Shown: positions 18,162 through 28,812 of the stretch, piece by piece
How positions within the stretch are numbered: position 1 is the first letter of the stretch
Layout: the number at the start of each line of letters is the position of its first letter
Virus record (IMG/VR): IMGVR_UViG_3300032038_000066
Coordinates: 1 to 64,000 of that record
From: a virus
Reading direction: 5' to 3' (one strand)
DNA length: 64,000 bases
The notes under the pieces: model-generated
The model's input: only the letters and a program-made list of their open reading frames with translations
What the model was told of the DNA's origin: nothing
Databases searched by the model: none
Translations under genes and position numbers: made by a program

Positions 18162-18645
18162 TCCTCAAAATCCTCCTGTTATTCGTCCTCTGCCCTCGAA
18201 TTTCCTGACGAAAAATTCTTTACCAAAAAGCCCTCACACTTATTTTTGACATACGGAAACTTTGTTCTGTTTTCCACCATGCAAGTTGTTTTTTCAAACC
18301 TGACACAATTACGGCAACAATGCTTTACGGGTACATGATCTTTTCTCATAAAGCACCACCACTCTTTACTATGCAGATTGCTTTACATATGGCATTACTA
18401 GCCATAACTTTGCCGCTATCATCATATTCAGCCCGAAGCATCCGCAACCGAAAAATAATGTTTTCTTTCAGCTTGTCAACCTCGGATTTTTCCTCTTGCT
18501 TTAAAATCTTTGCGTTTTCCATTCTCTTACCACCTCACATATGCCATAAAATCAAACGTATGATAGCCTAGGAGTGCTTTTAGCACGTTACCCTTATACT
18601 TGTTCGCTTAAACGCCTAAAAACGCTCACAAGGCTTTATTTTTAA

Positions 18646-18945
18646 TCAGTTTTTTATTGTCGAATGTTCGCCTACTGCTTTCAGGATACTTGCACAACCC
18701 TTTAACGCCTGTTCCCGGATAACACTCAAATCGTTATCCTGTTTCTCCATCACAGCAACCGCAAGCGACATATCGACCGCCATTTTCTGCAATTCATGTT
18801 GTTTTAACCGTTCTCCCTCAAAAAGCCTGTTCGCATATTTTTTCAGGTTTGCGCTAACCTCTTCACTTTTTATCATTCGCCCACTCCCTGTTACGCTTTT
18901 CGTAAGACTCCATGAGCATATCAAAGCCGTGCTTTTCATCACCAA
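18646..18945 (-). CDS. Hypothetical protein
   Basis: 99-aa ORF. Confidence 0.3.
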   Translation of the reverse strand: MVMKSTALICSWSLTKSVTGSGRMIKSEEVSANLKKYANRLFEGERLKQHELQKMAVDMSLAVAVMEKQDNDLSVIREQALKGCASILKAVGEHSTIKN

Positions 18946-19180
18946 ACTTTTTCATGCTTTTCATCCTGGCATCTAACACATTTGCAACCGCCACGCATAA
19001 TTGAGATACAAGGTCTTTTGCATCTGCTATTTTCGGATTGTTCGTACAATCATTCTCATAACTCAAAACATTCTCCCAATATTCCGCGTTATCTTCGGGA
19101 GTGCCAAAATTCTTCCAGAAGTTCCACGCCGCCATAAATGCGTTGTATTCCGGCGAATCTTTAGGCATTTCTCTTTTCAT
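18863..19180 (-). CDS. Hypothetical protein
   Basis: 105-aa ORF immediately downstream of the primase/helicase gene. Confidence 0.3.
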   Translation of the reverse strand: MKREMPKDSPEYNAFMAAWNFWKNFGTPEDNAEYWENVLSYENDCTNNPKIADAKDLVSQLCVAVANVLDARMKSMKKFGDEKHGFDMLMESYEKRNREWANDKK

Positions 19181-19194
19181 AAAATCACCTGCCT

Positions 19195-21231
19195 TTAGTC
19201 AAATGGTGCGTCATCATCTGCTTTTAAAGCTATAAAGCCGTTATCCTCTTGCGTTTTCTGCCATCCATAAATCCTGTTTTCTGTCGGACTATTGCGAAGC
19301 CGTCTTGTTTGCGGTTCGTAATACAACGGCACAAACACATCCTGCACACCGCCATCACGGTTTTTAGCAATCTCCACAACATTTGTGCTGTCGTATATCT
19401 CGTTATCAGACTTCCAACCGAACATTTCACCTGACCGCTTTTTGAAGTCGTTATTAACTCTGTGAACAATAAACGCATCATCGACAGCATTTGACAAATC
19501 ACCTGTTCCGCTTATTTCTTCTAGCCTTAAAAATCCCATGGTTTTTCTCGGATGAGCGACAAACAAAATATGCGTGTTTGTTTCCTTTGCCAGTTTCGAC
19601 AGACTCAACACAAATTCTGTTTGCGCGTCCCACTTGTTTTCTGATAGGCCGCTGATATTGAAAGCCATAAGATTATCCAAAACGAGCAAATCTAATTTAT
19701 GTTCGTCAATGATTTTCTTAAATTCGTCAATGACTGTTATAAAGTTATTGCCATACTTGTTGTTATATAGCCAAAACTTCTGCCCTAACCACGTTGCTAT
19801 CTCTTTGTTGGTCTTGTCTGATGTGTAGTATGAATACTCATTGAACGATGATTGTATGACATTAGCCTTACCTGCTGCCATTTGGTTCATCCACCGCATA
19901 AACTGACGTTCAACCAATTCCCCGGAAAAACAGCCCACGTTATTGCCCGTATCCACGGCATTTAAAATCAACTCCGTCAAGAGTGACGTTTTGCCTGACG
20001 CTCTTAACCCTGACATTACGGACAGCGCGCCTTTTTTCAGCCCTTGCATCCGTTTGTCAATATCATCAATGCCCGTCTTGATAAATGTTTCCTCGACCTT
20101 TGGCAGTTTCAGCACGTCCATAGCCGTATAGAACACGGGTACGCCGTCTTGCTTTTCAATCGGCTTTACCTGTTCAGGTTTATTGCGATTGAACGTGTTA
20201 TACATTTTCTGTTGTCTATACGTTTCCCGTCTTTCGTAGGCATCTGGTTCAAACATGATCCGCACGTCACGCCACGTTTTGTCTGCACATGAATTGTGAA
20301 AACAGTTAAAGCCTATTGCACCATTTCTGCCCCGGAAAATTACCGCGTCTTTGCCCTTGTGGTTACTGTCAAACGGACAACAATCCAAGATATACTTTGT
20401 CACATCCCCGTTATCTTCCCTCTTGTAATTGAGATTGTATTTGTCAAGCCAATCATCCAGGTTAAACTCCCGTGGGGAGTAGTTGTTATATCTCTGTGGA
20501 CGTTCAGGCTCTTTGGGATACTTCTCGCATAGCTTTTTTAGATATTCTATGCTTGTAGGCTTTACGTTTTCCATATCGCCTAATATTCTGCTCATGCGGT
20601 GTGGTCTTTTCTCGGATGATGTACCCTTCTGCGCCATGGTGCCGTACATTTTGCAAATCCTACTCGGGTTAAAATTCTTTTTATCGACTTCCACCTCAGG
20701 AGTTGAAAACAATATGCTCAACGTCTTTAAAGCTGTTTCCAACAGCTTCTTTGTATCTGCCGTGTTAAAAGCATCTATCCGATAAAGCAAATGCACACCA
20801 TTGCCGGACAACGCCCTGACGGGCTTTTCAAATCCCAACTGTGACATATAGGCATAAATCTTATTCCCCAAATCTTTTGCCTTTTGAATCTGTTCATCCG
20901 TAGATGAGGTCTCCGTAGGTCTTTTTGGGTCAAGGTCAATCATAAGCCACTCATACCGCGTTATGTCATTGTCGCTCGTTGTTGCTTTGGCGTTCCTGAT
21001 AAACTTATCTTTTTGGTTTCTGTCATAGCAGGCTTCGTTTATTTGGTTCAGCGTGAAGTATATATTTCCTTCGACCTTGACTCTCTTTAGTGCCTCAATC
21101 ATCGTGTCAGCATCTTTGAAGTATCCGCTGTAATTGCTTTTATCAGCCCCGATTATGCGGATTTCAAAAAGTTCGTTATCAGGCTTTAGGATTGCAATAG
21201 CCTTTTTTATCTCGCTAGATTGAATCGTCAT
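19195..21231 (-). CDS. Bifunctional primase-polymerase (PrimPol) / DnaB-type replicative helicase
   Basis: N-terminal prim-pol domain (IYFTLNQ...LMIDLDPKRP). Central Zn-binding CCPFDSNHKGKD...CFHNSC. C-terminal RecA-like helicase with Walker A GLRASGKTSLL. Confidence 0.75.
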   Translation of the reverse strand: MTIQSSEIKKAIAILKPDNELFEIRIIGADKSNYSGYFKDADTMIEALKRVKVEGNIYFTLNQINEACYDRNQKDKFIRNAKATTSDNDITRYEWLMIDLDPKRPTETSSTDEQIQKAKDLGNKIYAYMSQLGFEKPVRALSGNGVHLLYRIDAFNTADTKKLLETALKTLSILFSTPEVEVDKKNFNPSRICKMYGTMAQKGTSSEKRPHRMSRILGDMENVKPTSIEYLKKLCEKYPKEPERPQRYNNYSPREFNLDDWLDKYNLNYKREDNGDVTKYILDCCPFDSNHKGKDAVIFRGRNGAIGFNCFHNSCADKTWRDVRIMFEPDAYERRETYRQQKMYNTFNRNKPEQVKPIEKQDGVPVFYTAMDVLKLPKVEETFIKTGIDDIDKRMQGLKKGALSVMSGLRASGKTSLLTELILNAVDTGNNVGCFSGELVERQFMRWMNQMAAGKANVIQSSFNEYSYYTSDKTNKEIATWLGQKFWLYNNKYGNNFITVIDEFKKIIDEHKLDLLVLDNLMAFNISGLSENKWDAQTEFVLSLSKLAKETNTHILFVAHPRKTMGFLRLEEISGTGDLSNAVDDAFIVHRVNNDFKKRSGEMFGWKSDNEIYDSTNVVEIAKNRDGGVQDVFVPLYYEPQTRRLRNSPTENRIYGWQKTQEDNGFIALKADDDAPFD

Positions 21232-21638
21232 AAGCCTGCCACCTCTTTGTTTACCAACTCAACAACTTCTTTCAGGTCGGCACTCTTTGTACTATCCACC
21301 CATGAAAAAGTGACGTTTTCAAATCTACACAAATCCCTAAAGAAAACCGCCCAACCCCTTGCATTGGTTTCAATATCGCCTTTGCCGGAAATGGTATTTA
21401 TGACATAAAGGCTATCTGTGAAAACTTCAACCTCTGCTTTATTGTCCTTTAGGCTTTTCAGCGATTGCATTGTGGCGTATAACTCCATCGTTTCAGGAGT
21501 GACATTCTGCAAATGCCCTGCTTTTGTTTTGGTGTGTTCATGCCATTTTAATTTTATAGCCCATCCACCAAATGGATTTTTTTTGCCTGCTTCTTTGCAA
21601 CCGCCATGTGCATAAATAAAAATCTTATCTTCGTTCAT
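21228..21638 (-). CDS. Ribonuclease H (RNase HI-like)
   Basis: YAHGGCKEAGKKNPFGGWA, MELYATMQSL and TDSLYV correspond to the RNase H catalytic motifs. Confidence 0.6.
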   Translation of the reverse strand: MNEDKIFIYAHGGCKEAGKKNPFGGWAIKLKWHEHTKTKAGHLQNVTPETMELYATMQSLKSLKDNKAEVEVFTDSLYVINTISGKGDIETNARGWAVFFRDLCRFENVTFSWVDSTKSADLKEVVELVNKEVAGL

Positions 21639-22431
21639 TCAAGAAGTCCTCCCTGTCCTTTTCGGACAGATTTTCAAACCATTCTTTTGTTACACCGTAC
21701 TTTGTCACGTCAATCTCATCTTCGGCATCTTCATCATCTGAAATGTAATCAACATATCCCGAATTGAAAAAGGTACTGCCATACATGACGTACTGTTCGT
21801 CTTTATCTTTAACATCATCCTTAAACTTTTCTATGGCTTTAGCCATCTTGTCATATCCGATCTTTAACAACTTTAGTTTTTGAGTATCAGATACTTTACC
21901 TTTACCCTTCTTTTTGGGATATAGTTTCCATAGCTTCTCAAAAAGGTCATTAGCCATATGTTTATTTTTTAATTTAATGTTATCTTTATTATTCTTACCT
22001 ATACTATCCTTACCTAACCTAACCTCGGGCAACCATTGGTTGCCATCTGGTATACCAACGGTGCTAAACGGCTCTCCTTTTTCACTATCAAATGTATATG
22101 CCCCGTTATCCTTAACATACAGAAAATCCTTTATTTCCGCGTATTCTGACGGATGATACCTGTCTTTTCGGAGATAATTGTGCATCCTCCAATGTTTTAT
22201 AATGAGTATCCCATTTGGCTCATAAATGAGAACAAATCGCCTTACTATTAGTAAGCGCAAATCGTCATCTGCGCACCCCAACATTCTGCACATTCTTTTA
22301 GGATTTTTTACGAATCCGTCATCATCTGCGTTCATGCACAAATGGAAGTAAAGGGCTTGCGTTGACATAGGCATATCCAAAAAAGAATCTGTTTCGGTGA
22401 TTTTCTTTGTAAACATCCTTCTATCAGCCAT
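21625..22431 (-). CDS. Phage replisome organiser / replication initiator (winged-helix N-terminal domain)
   Basis: RMFTKKITETDSFLDMPMSTQALYFHLCMNADDDGFV resembles the phage_rep_org_N domain. Lys-rich linker. Confidence 0.5.
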   Translation of the reverse strand: MADRRMFTKKITETDSFLDMPMSTQALYFHLCMNADDDGFVKNPKRMCRMLGCADDDLRLLIVRRFVLIYEPNGILIIKHWRMHNYLRKDRYHPSEYAEIKDFLYVKDNGAYTFDSEKGEPFSTVGIPDGNQWLPEVRLGKDSIGKNNKDNIKLKNKHMANDLFEKLWKLYPKKKGKGKVSDTQKLKLLKIGYDKMAKAIEKFKDDVKDKDEQYVMYGSTFFNSGYVDYISDDEDAEDEIDVTKYGVTKEWFENLSEKDREDFLNERR

Positions 22432-23038
22432 CGTTGTTACTATCTCCTTTATCCCTTGTTAATAACTCAATAACCTTTGCTCCGGCATCCTTTGAACGGC
22501 AAAAAACAAACTCACAGCCGTACTTCTCTTGCATTGTCAGCATGGCTTTTGCAATGGTACTGCCTTTTGTAGCATATGGATATTTCTGTTGACCTCTGTA
22601 ATAGATAAATGCCCTTGGATTACGCCATGAGAACAAATCCTCTATGCGAGTTATAGGCTTGTTAAAGATAGTGTTTTTCTTGTCAACGTAACCGCCATCA
22701 TCTTCTATCAGGATGTAAAGTTTTATCCCGTTGTTTTGTGCCAGGCATACCTCATCACGGAACCTGTCATGTTGCCGACCGCAAACATTATTGATAATCT
22801 CCTGCACACCAAACTTGCTATCCACAGCCACATCATATGTACCCATAAAATCCATTTTCTTGACCGCTACGCCCCTTTTAGACTTACGGGCTAACAATTC
22901 CTCAATGGTGTCATTTGAAAGCACGTAATCGCCCACAGGGAGCGGATAACGGCATACCTCGATACCGTTATCACTCCACCATGCGTTTTTTGTGTCGTGT
23001 GCCCCTACTTTGTTACCCTTATCCTCTAGCAAAATCAT
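22424..23038 (-). CDS. Putative nuclease (ERCC4/Mus81-like GDYVLS motif; possible junction resolvase)
   Basis: PVGDYVLSND and downstream acidic residues. Weak call. Confidence 0.3.
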   Translation of the reverse strand: MILLEDKGNKVGAHDTKNAWWSDNGIEVCRYPLPVGDYVLSNDTIEELLARKSKRGVAVKKMDFMGTYDVAVDSKFGVQEIINNVCGRQHDRFRDEVCLAQNNGIKLYILIEDDGGYVDKKNTIFNKPITRIEDLFSWRNPRAFIYYRGQQKYPYATKGSTIAKAMLTMQEKYGCEFVFCRSKDAGAKVIELLTRDKGDSNNDG

Positions 23039-23052
23039 CTAACCACCGCCGA

Positions 23053-23469
23053 TCAGTCAAAAGGTATGCCCGAATCATCAAAACTGCTGTCATTCATACC
23101 CATAAAGGCATCATTAGCCGGGTTGCTTGCACTACCGCTATCATTGGACTTTGCAGCGTTCTTGCTTTCAGCAAATTCCCATTCCTGAACAATGATGTAG
23201 TTGTACTCTTTGAACTCGTCATCCTTCTTGTAGGAATCACGGCAGACGATACCGCGCAACTCAATCTTTACGCCCTTTTTGAGATACTTCTCCGCGCGCT
23301 CCGCGTTCTTCTCCCCTATAAATTTCAGATTGAGAAAATCGGTGACCTCTTTGCCGTCTTTGTCCTTGTTGAATGGGAATGGACGGGAACTGGCGATAGA
23401 CCCGTTTGCCGTCTTTCCTTTTATTTCAACATCCTTCGTCAAACGACCACTAATCAACACCGTATTCAT
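23053..23469 (-). CDS. ssb: Single-stranded DNA-binding protein
   Basis: OB-fold core (LISGRLTKDVEI...ELRGIV) and the acidic C-terminal tail DDSGIPFD. Confidence 0.75.
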   Translation of the reverse strand: MNTVLISGRLTKDVEIKGKTANGSIASSRPFPFNKDKDGKEVTDFLNLKFIGEKNAERAEKYLKKGVKIELRGIVCRDSYKKDDEFKEYNYIIVQEWEFAESKNAAKSNDSGSASNPANDAFMGMNDSSFDDSGIPFD

Positions 23470-23594
23470 TGTTTATACCTCACTTTCATATAGTATTTTT
23501 AAGCCTTTTTCTTTGGCTTTTTGCAACTCTATCAACGCGCCTTTACTGTCCAAAAAATTGGACAGCATATAAATCGCGTCACACAATTTTACCG

Positions 23595-24239
23595 CTAATG
23601 TAAACTTTTCCCATTTTCCCCCTTTCTCAACACAGGTTTTTCAATAGCATCTTCAATACTCCACCCCGAATTCAAACGGGACATGAGTGTATGATAGTTA
23701 ATTCCTGTAAATATAGCCCATTGTCTTACTGATTTTTTTACGCCTTTGTATATCAAAAAATGTATTCTGCTTGTATTGTTATTTTGCGTAACTATATCTG
23801 CCCATCTGCAATTCTCTGGACAGTAACACTTGTTACTGTCTATTCGATCAATAGACAAATCTTCACGATAACCATTAGCAAATGACCAATTCTTAAAGTT
23901 ATCGAAATTCATCCATTCATCACATATCGTAATACCTTTGTCATAGTATGATTTATGTGATGATGATTTTGGGTTCATACATCTTTGGCGCATATTTACC
24001 CAAATATTAAACAGCCTTGTACCACTCATACCATGTTTTTTTCTCGCTGGTTCTCTACATTCATTACAAGATGGATATTTGTGCTTTTTCAAATTGGATG
24101 TGAAAACAATTATTTCATTTCCGCATTCACACACACAGCGTAATCGCGTATGTCCATTTTTATTTGAAACACGTTCAACTACTGTCAGTTTCCCATATTT
24201 TTCCCCAATAAGATCATCTGCCGTTTTTCTTACACCCAT
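23595..24239 (-). CDS. Phage HNH/AP2-like DNA-binding protein (homing-endonuclease-related family), paralogue 1
   Basis: N-terminal Zn ribbon CVCECG...CNEC. Core YxxWxxMxxRC...YGGRGI-like, CDEW, DRID and NCRW motifs. C-terminal HTH TGINYHTLMSRLNSGWSIEDAI. Confidence 0.5.
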   Translation of the reverse strand: MGVRKTADDLIGEKYGKLTVVERVSNKNGHTRLRCVCECGNEIIVFTSNLKKHKYPSCNECREPARKKHGMSGTRLFNIWVNMRQRCMNPKSSSHKSYYDKGITICDEWMNFDNFKNWSFANGYREDLSIDRIDSNKCYCPENCRWADIVTQNNNTSRIHFLIYKGVKKSVRQWAIFTGINYHTLMSRLNSGWSIEDAIEKPVLRKGENGKSLH

Positions 24240-24257
24240 TTACGAATCTCCATTGTT

Positions 24258-25175
24258 TTAACTCTCTATAAAATCGAATATAGACATTTGACAACGCTCC
24301 AAGTCAAGGTTTTTCATATTATTTACTGCCGCATCGAAGTAAGATTTTTTGAGTTCGATCCCAATTCCTCTACGCCCCATTTTTACAGCTTGATAAATCT
24401 CGGATGATATCCCTAAAAATGGTGTCATAACTATTTCATCTGGATTACTATATAAATCCACAATTCTTTCTATAACTGGTAATTGTAACGGACAAATATG
24501 TTTCTCTTCTTCGTCAGTTTTTGCCATTCGTGCGTTTAATGTATCCGATTGGTTGATATCCCACCAAACAGGACTAGGATAAATATCCCAACAAGGTTCA
24601 GCTACTTTTTGCCATTTGCTAACAGGATAACTTTCGTTTGTGTGAGTAATAGGAATCGTATTAGTTCCCGGTTTTCTCATAAACACAACATAATCGGGTA
24701 ATCCCATTCGTGACATAGAAGAATCTTTTTTGATTTGCTTATGTAGTAAACCTAACGCTTTTGTCCTAGTCATTTCTGTTACAGGTGATTTCCAAATTGT
24801 AACTTCTGAATGATAGATAAAACCGCACTTCTGAAATAGTTTTATCAAATCCCCTCGAAAGTCCTTTATGCCGATATATCCGTCACGTTCTTTCATAGCA
24901 GGTATCTGCATACAATGAACCGCCATAATGCGCCCCGGCATAAGGATTCTGTATAAATCTTTTACGATAAATTCAAAGTGGGTAAAAAATTCTTCATCAT
25001 TACGACTGTTGCCAAGGTCACGATCACTATTTGAATAACAATAAAGTTGAGAAAAAGGTGGAGAGTATATTTCAAGATGTACACTCTCATCTGGAATATT
25101 TTTTATAACCTCTGTGGTATCTCCCATAATCAATGAGTATCGTTCTGTATTATATTGACCGTTTACATCAACCAT
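24258..25175 (-). CDS. DNA methyltransferase (N6-adenine or N4-cytosine, beta-class), orphan
   Basis: Catalytic motif IYSPPF ((D/S)PP(Y/F)) and AdoMet-binding PFLGISSE. Confidence 0.75.
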   Translation of the reverse strand: MVDVNGQYNTERYSLIMGDTTEVIKNIPDESVHLEIYSPPFSQLYCYSNSDRDLGNSRNDEEFFTHFEFIVKDLYRILMPGRIMAVHCMQIPAMKERDGYIGIKDFRGDLIKLFQKCGFIYHSEVTIWKSPVTEMTRTKALGLLHKQIKKDSSMSRMGLPDYVVFMRKPGTNTIPITHTNESYPVSKWQKVAEPCWDIYPSPVWWDINQSDTLNARMAKTDEEEKHICPLQLPVIERIVDLYSNPDEIVMTPFLGISSEIYQAVKMGRRGIGIELKKSYFDAAVNNMKNLDLERCQMSIFDFIES

Positions 25176-26559
25176 TTATTACCTCCTTCAAAAATGACGG
25201 CATTTCAAACTTTTTCATAGGCTTGTAATCTGTCGTTATTCTTGTCGTTTTTTTAATTTCCGACAAAGTAACCTCTTTCATTAACGCAGTCATTTGTTTC
25301 TGCATTTCATCGTTTTGTGCCTGTTTATTTTCAATGTTTTTCAACACGCTGATTTCCTTTTCTGACAGAATGATATATACGTCAACGGGATTTTCTTGAC
25401 CGAACCGCCAACACCGCCGGATAGCCTGATAAAAGCGTTCCCAACTGTCGGACAAACCGCAGAATATCTGTTGGTGGCATTGCTGATAATTCAGACCCAT
25501 ACCAAATATAGACGGCTTGCTGACAAGGCACTTAATATCGCCATTTGCAAACTGTATGCTCATATCAGCTTTAAACTCTGGCGTGTCACTTCCTTTAACT
25601 TCAACAGACCCATCAATCTTCTTGTGTAGCAATGCTGATTCGTCATTGTAGTCTACCCACAAAAGCCATTGATCGTTGTTTGATTCTGTTAATTCTTTGG
25701 CTTTATCCGTCCTATCTTCCATGGATTCTTTACGGGCTTCACGCCGCTCTGCAAGCGTTTCAGCAACCCTTACAACCATTTCATAATCTTCAACTTTTGA
25801 CTTTGTGATTATAGTGTGCATATTAAGTGGTGGAAGGTTGTACCCCTCCATTTCATAGCCCAATTCATTAGGATTTGTAAAAGCTATCGCCCAAGTTGCG
25901 AACCACTCCCAAAACTTCTTAACGCCTGCCTTTTTCAACCGCCAATCAGACGTTTTGCCACCATCATGCACAAAGTATGTGGCTAACATTTCCGTACGGC
26001 TCATAATGCCTAAAAACTCGCATGACGTACCTATTTCGGTGTAATCATTAGGGCAAATTGTAGCGGTGCATAACAGTTTGTATGGCGTGTCATGGAACCG
26101 TGCCGTAAATTCAACTGTTGTTTTTGATGTAAAACCCTTTAATATTGACGATTCATCCAGGACAACAGCGACAAATTTATCTGTCTCAAAGTGTTCTACC
26201 ATTTCATAGTTTGTTATGTTCAATCCATCTTTAACATCATCTTGTGAACGGCAAATATGCACCTTACTAATTCCAAACTTTTCAGCTTCTTTTGCGGTCT
26301 GTTTTACAACCGCTAATGGTGCCACAATCAGCACATTCTGTCCCGTATGCCTATATACCTGTTCAGCCCACGTCAACTGTATGACCGTCTTGCCACAGCC
26401 CGTGCCAATCAGCACCGCAGCTTTACCTTTTCGACACGCCCAATTAACAATGTCACGCTGAAAATCAAAAAGCATATCAGGCATATAGCAAGGGTCTGCC
26501 TCAAAACCTGCTTTTATGGTTTTTAACTCCTTGCTTTTTAAAAATTCCTCATATGTCAA
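25168..26559 (-). CDS. Superfamily-2 (SNF2/DEAD-like) DNA helicase
   Basis: Motif I GTGCGKT, motif II VVLDESS, motif III CTAT and motif VI QAIRRCWRFGQ. Confidence 0.75.
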   Translation of the reverse strand: MTYEEFLKSKELKTIKAGFEADPCYMPDMLFDFQRDIVNWACRKGKAAVLIGTGCGKTVIQLTWAEQVYRHTGQNVLIVAPLAVVKQTAKEAEKFGISKVHICRSQDDVKDGLNITNYEMVEHFETDKFVAVVLDESSILKGFTSKTTVEFTARFHDTPYKLLCTATICPNDYTEIGTSCEFLGIMSRTEMLATYFVHDGGKTSDWRLKKAGVKKFWEWFATWAIAFTNPNELGYEMEGYNLPPLNMHTIITKSKVEDYEMVVRVAETLAERREARKESMEDRTDKAKELTESNNDQWLLWVDYNDESALLHKKIDGSVEVKGSDTPEFKADMSIQFANGDIKCLVSKPSIFGMGLNYQQCHQQIFCGLSDSWERFYQAIRRCWRFGQENPVDVYIILSEKEISVLKNIENKQAQNDEMQKQMTALMKEVTLSEIKKTTRITTDYKPMKKFEMPSFLKEVING

Positions 26560-26600
26560 AACTCATTCTCCTTGCAATATATAAACGCCACCAACAATAA

Positions 26601-27335
26601 TTACATTTCACTTTTTGCCATAAAGCACATCAGGCTACAATCGCCGTGTATCTCCTGTGATTTTCGCCCTGCGTTCGGGTCTAATTCATCCAAGAAAATA
26701 CCATTGATACAGCTATGCCCTAGATCACGCTCCATTTTTGCACGTCTTTTAAAAACATCCGGGAAATCTTTTCTAATTTTGTTCCAGTACCACATACCAC
26801 CTTTAACGCATCCGATACAGTTGTTATTTGAATAACCCAAATCATACATGACAGGTCTTTTCAGCCCCAATTCATCAGCTAATGCGTGGCAATCATCCTT
26901 TGACAAAGATTTATCTATCAGGGGAAATTCGTGTTGAAATTCCGGGAAATTTTTTATTATGCCATCTGCCCGTTTTTTCTCTTGCGCATCCATCCCCCAA
27001 ACATAGGTTAAATCGGTTATGCCTTTTTGGTACTGTTCATTTTCCCATTGTTTTCTTACCGCCTTTTTGAGCATCCCCGTGCAAGCTGCGCCGTGGATTG
27101 AATTAACCATGCCCGTTTTACGGCAAACATCCTCTACGTCCTCATATTTGTCGCTTTTAAGTATTTTTACCTCTTTACCTATTAGCTTTTCACAATCTCT
27201 AACAAACCTCATACTGTCCGGGTGTTGGTCTTTAACATCAATGTAAATCCATTCATCGACACCACTCCGAACTAACCAACCTGCAATAAAACTACTAACT
27301 CCTGCACTTAACCAAACTACTTTCATCGACACCAC
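26601..27335 (-). CDS. PP-loop ATP-pyrophosphatase, PAPS-reductase/DndC-like family
   Basis: N-terminal VVWLSAGVSS (SGGxDS-like PP-loop) and C-terminal CIGC...HSC cysteines. Confidence 0.5.
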   Translation of the reverse strand: MVSMKVVWLSAGVSSFIAGWLVRSGVDEWIYIDVKDQHPDSMRFVRDCEKLIGKEVKILKSDKYEDVEDVCRKTGMVNSIHGAACTGMLKKAVRKQWENEQYQKGITDLTYVWGMDAQEKKRADGIIKNFPEFQHEFPLIDKSLSKDDCHALADELGLKRPVMYDLGYSNNNCIGCVKGGMWYWNKIRKDFPDVFKRRAKMERDLGHSCINGIFLDELDPNAGRKSQEIHGDCSLMCFMAKSEM

Positions 27336-27540
27336 TTCAACGATTGCTCGTATCCGTGGATAACAGGGTTACGGCTCCCCTTGCTCAGTTGTCACAACCT
27401 CACGCAAATTAAACCCCGTTTTGTTCTCGCTTTTCTTCACCTTTAAGCGGTCAACCTCGGTTTACCGAGGCTTCGCCGATTACTCCTTTCTACTAAATAA
27501 AAAAAACATATTATCTTCTCCGTGTTGGTGGCAGTTTATA

Positions 27541-27765
27541 TCAATCTACCCATCGTTTATCGTTCCAGGCATCCCGTGAAATCTTGATAATGTCAGCCAA
27601 TCGTGAGTGGTTGTAAATATCCTCATGCACGGGAACCCATCTTTCGTAACCGCATTTCTCGCAACAGGCATAAAACATATATTTGCTACTGCCCGTGCCT
27701 ACTCCGTAATCTATCTCCTTACCGCCACATTTGGGGCAAGGATCGTATCCTAAATCAATCTCCAT
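27541..27765 (-). CDS. Small zinc-ribbon protein
   Basis: CPKCGG...CCEKCGY. Confidence 0.4.
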   Translation of the reverse strand: MEIDLGYDPCPKCGGKEIDYGVGTGSSKYMFYACCEKCGYERWVPVHEDIYNHSRLADIIKISRDAWNDKRWVD

Positions 27766-28135
27766 CTATTTTTACCAACCTAATCTTTTTATCCCACTTG
27801 CCAAACTGCCGCGCAGCTTCAACAAGGCTATTCAATTCATTTTCATTGCTAATGTCATACGTTCCCCAATAGCTCCACACGCCATCATCTATTGACATTC
27901 TTTCCAGACAATAAACCTGTTTCGGTGCCTCTTTTCTATTCATCATCAACAGATAATCAACGTCTGCCCGAAGCTGAACCAACTCATCTTCTGCCGTTTC
28001 GTATGGGTCAAGCCGTTCCAAAACATTAGATGAAACCGCCCACCACGGAACATTTTTTATCTGGCATTGTTCCATACCGTCTCTGTCGATAAACACCTTA
28101 TCGACCTCTAAAACAAATCTATCTCCCGGTTTCAT
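27755..28135 (-). CDS. Hypothetical protein
   Basis: 126-aa ORF in operon context. Confidence 0.35.
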   Translation of the reverse strand: MKPGDRFVLEVDKVFIDRDGMEQCQIKNVPWWAVSSNVLERLDPYETAEDELVQLRADVDYLLMMNRKEAPKQVYCLERMSIDDGVWSYWGTYDISNENELNSLVEAARQFGKWDKKIRLVKIDGD

Positions 28136-28812
28136 AATTCAATCTCCAATCCTTTTATTGCTATTTCCACGTCACAGCCCTTGTGAACGATTTTGCGCAC
28201 GTCAGCTAGTATTTCTTCACTATCCGCGCTAGAGTCACTCAAATGGCACAACACAACTGTTTTTAAGCTATCTGTCATGTTCGCATTTATAAATTCCTTG
28301 CACGTTTCCAACTCCATGTGTGTTTGGTACACCCTGTCACGCTTTATCGCATCTTCTGAAACATATTCACGCTGATAATTGCACTCAACGATAATGTGGT
28401 TTACGTTCAGATTTGCGAAGTTCTGCCTGACATAGCAAGTATCTGTGATAAATAACAGCTTGCCTATTTCCTTGTGCGTGATATAAAAGCCAAATGTAGG
28501 CACATCATGGACAACAGGAAACGCCTGTATTCTGAACCCACCAAACAGGGCAACATCCTTGTCATATTTCCACGGTGTAAACAGGTCTATGCCTGCCTGT
28601 TCGTATTCCTTGTGATAATGAAAGTGGTCTCCATGAGTATGGCTACATACCGCCCCGACTATCGAAGAAATATCAAAATCCAACACTTTCTTTACTTCCT
28701 TAAACGGCATCCCCATTTCGATTATCAGCGTTTCTTTGCCGTTGGTTAGCAGATATCCATTTCCTGATGATGAACTTCCAAGAACAAAAAGCCTCATTCT
28801 ATATCCTCCCAA
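28132..28812 (-). CDS. Metallo-beta-lactamase-fold hydrolase
   Basis: HTHGDH (HxHxDH) and downstream His/Asp ligands. Confidence 0.7.
   Translation of the reverse strand: MGGYRMRLFVLGSSSSGNGYLLTNGKETLIIEMGMPFKEVKKVLDFDISSIVGAVCSHTHGDHFHYHKEYEQAGIDLFTPWKYDKDVALFGGFRIQAFPVVHDVPTFGFYITHKEIGKLLFITDTCYVRQNFANLNVNHIIVECNYQREYVSEDAIKRDRVYQTHMELETCKEFINANMTDSLKTVVLCHLSDSSADSEEILADVRKIVHKGCDVEIAIKGLEIEL

Noticed and set aside
22915-23493. 192-aa plus-strand ORF
   Set aside because: Antisense to the SSB gene, which has clear OB-fold and acidic-tail motifs.
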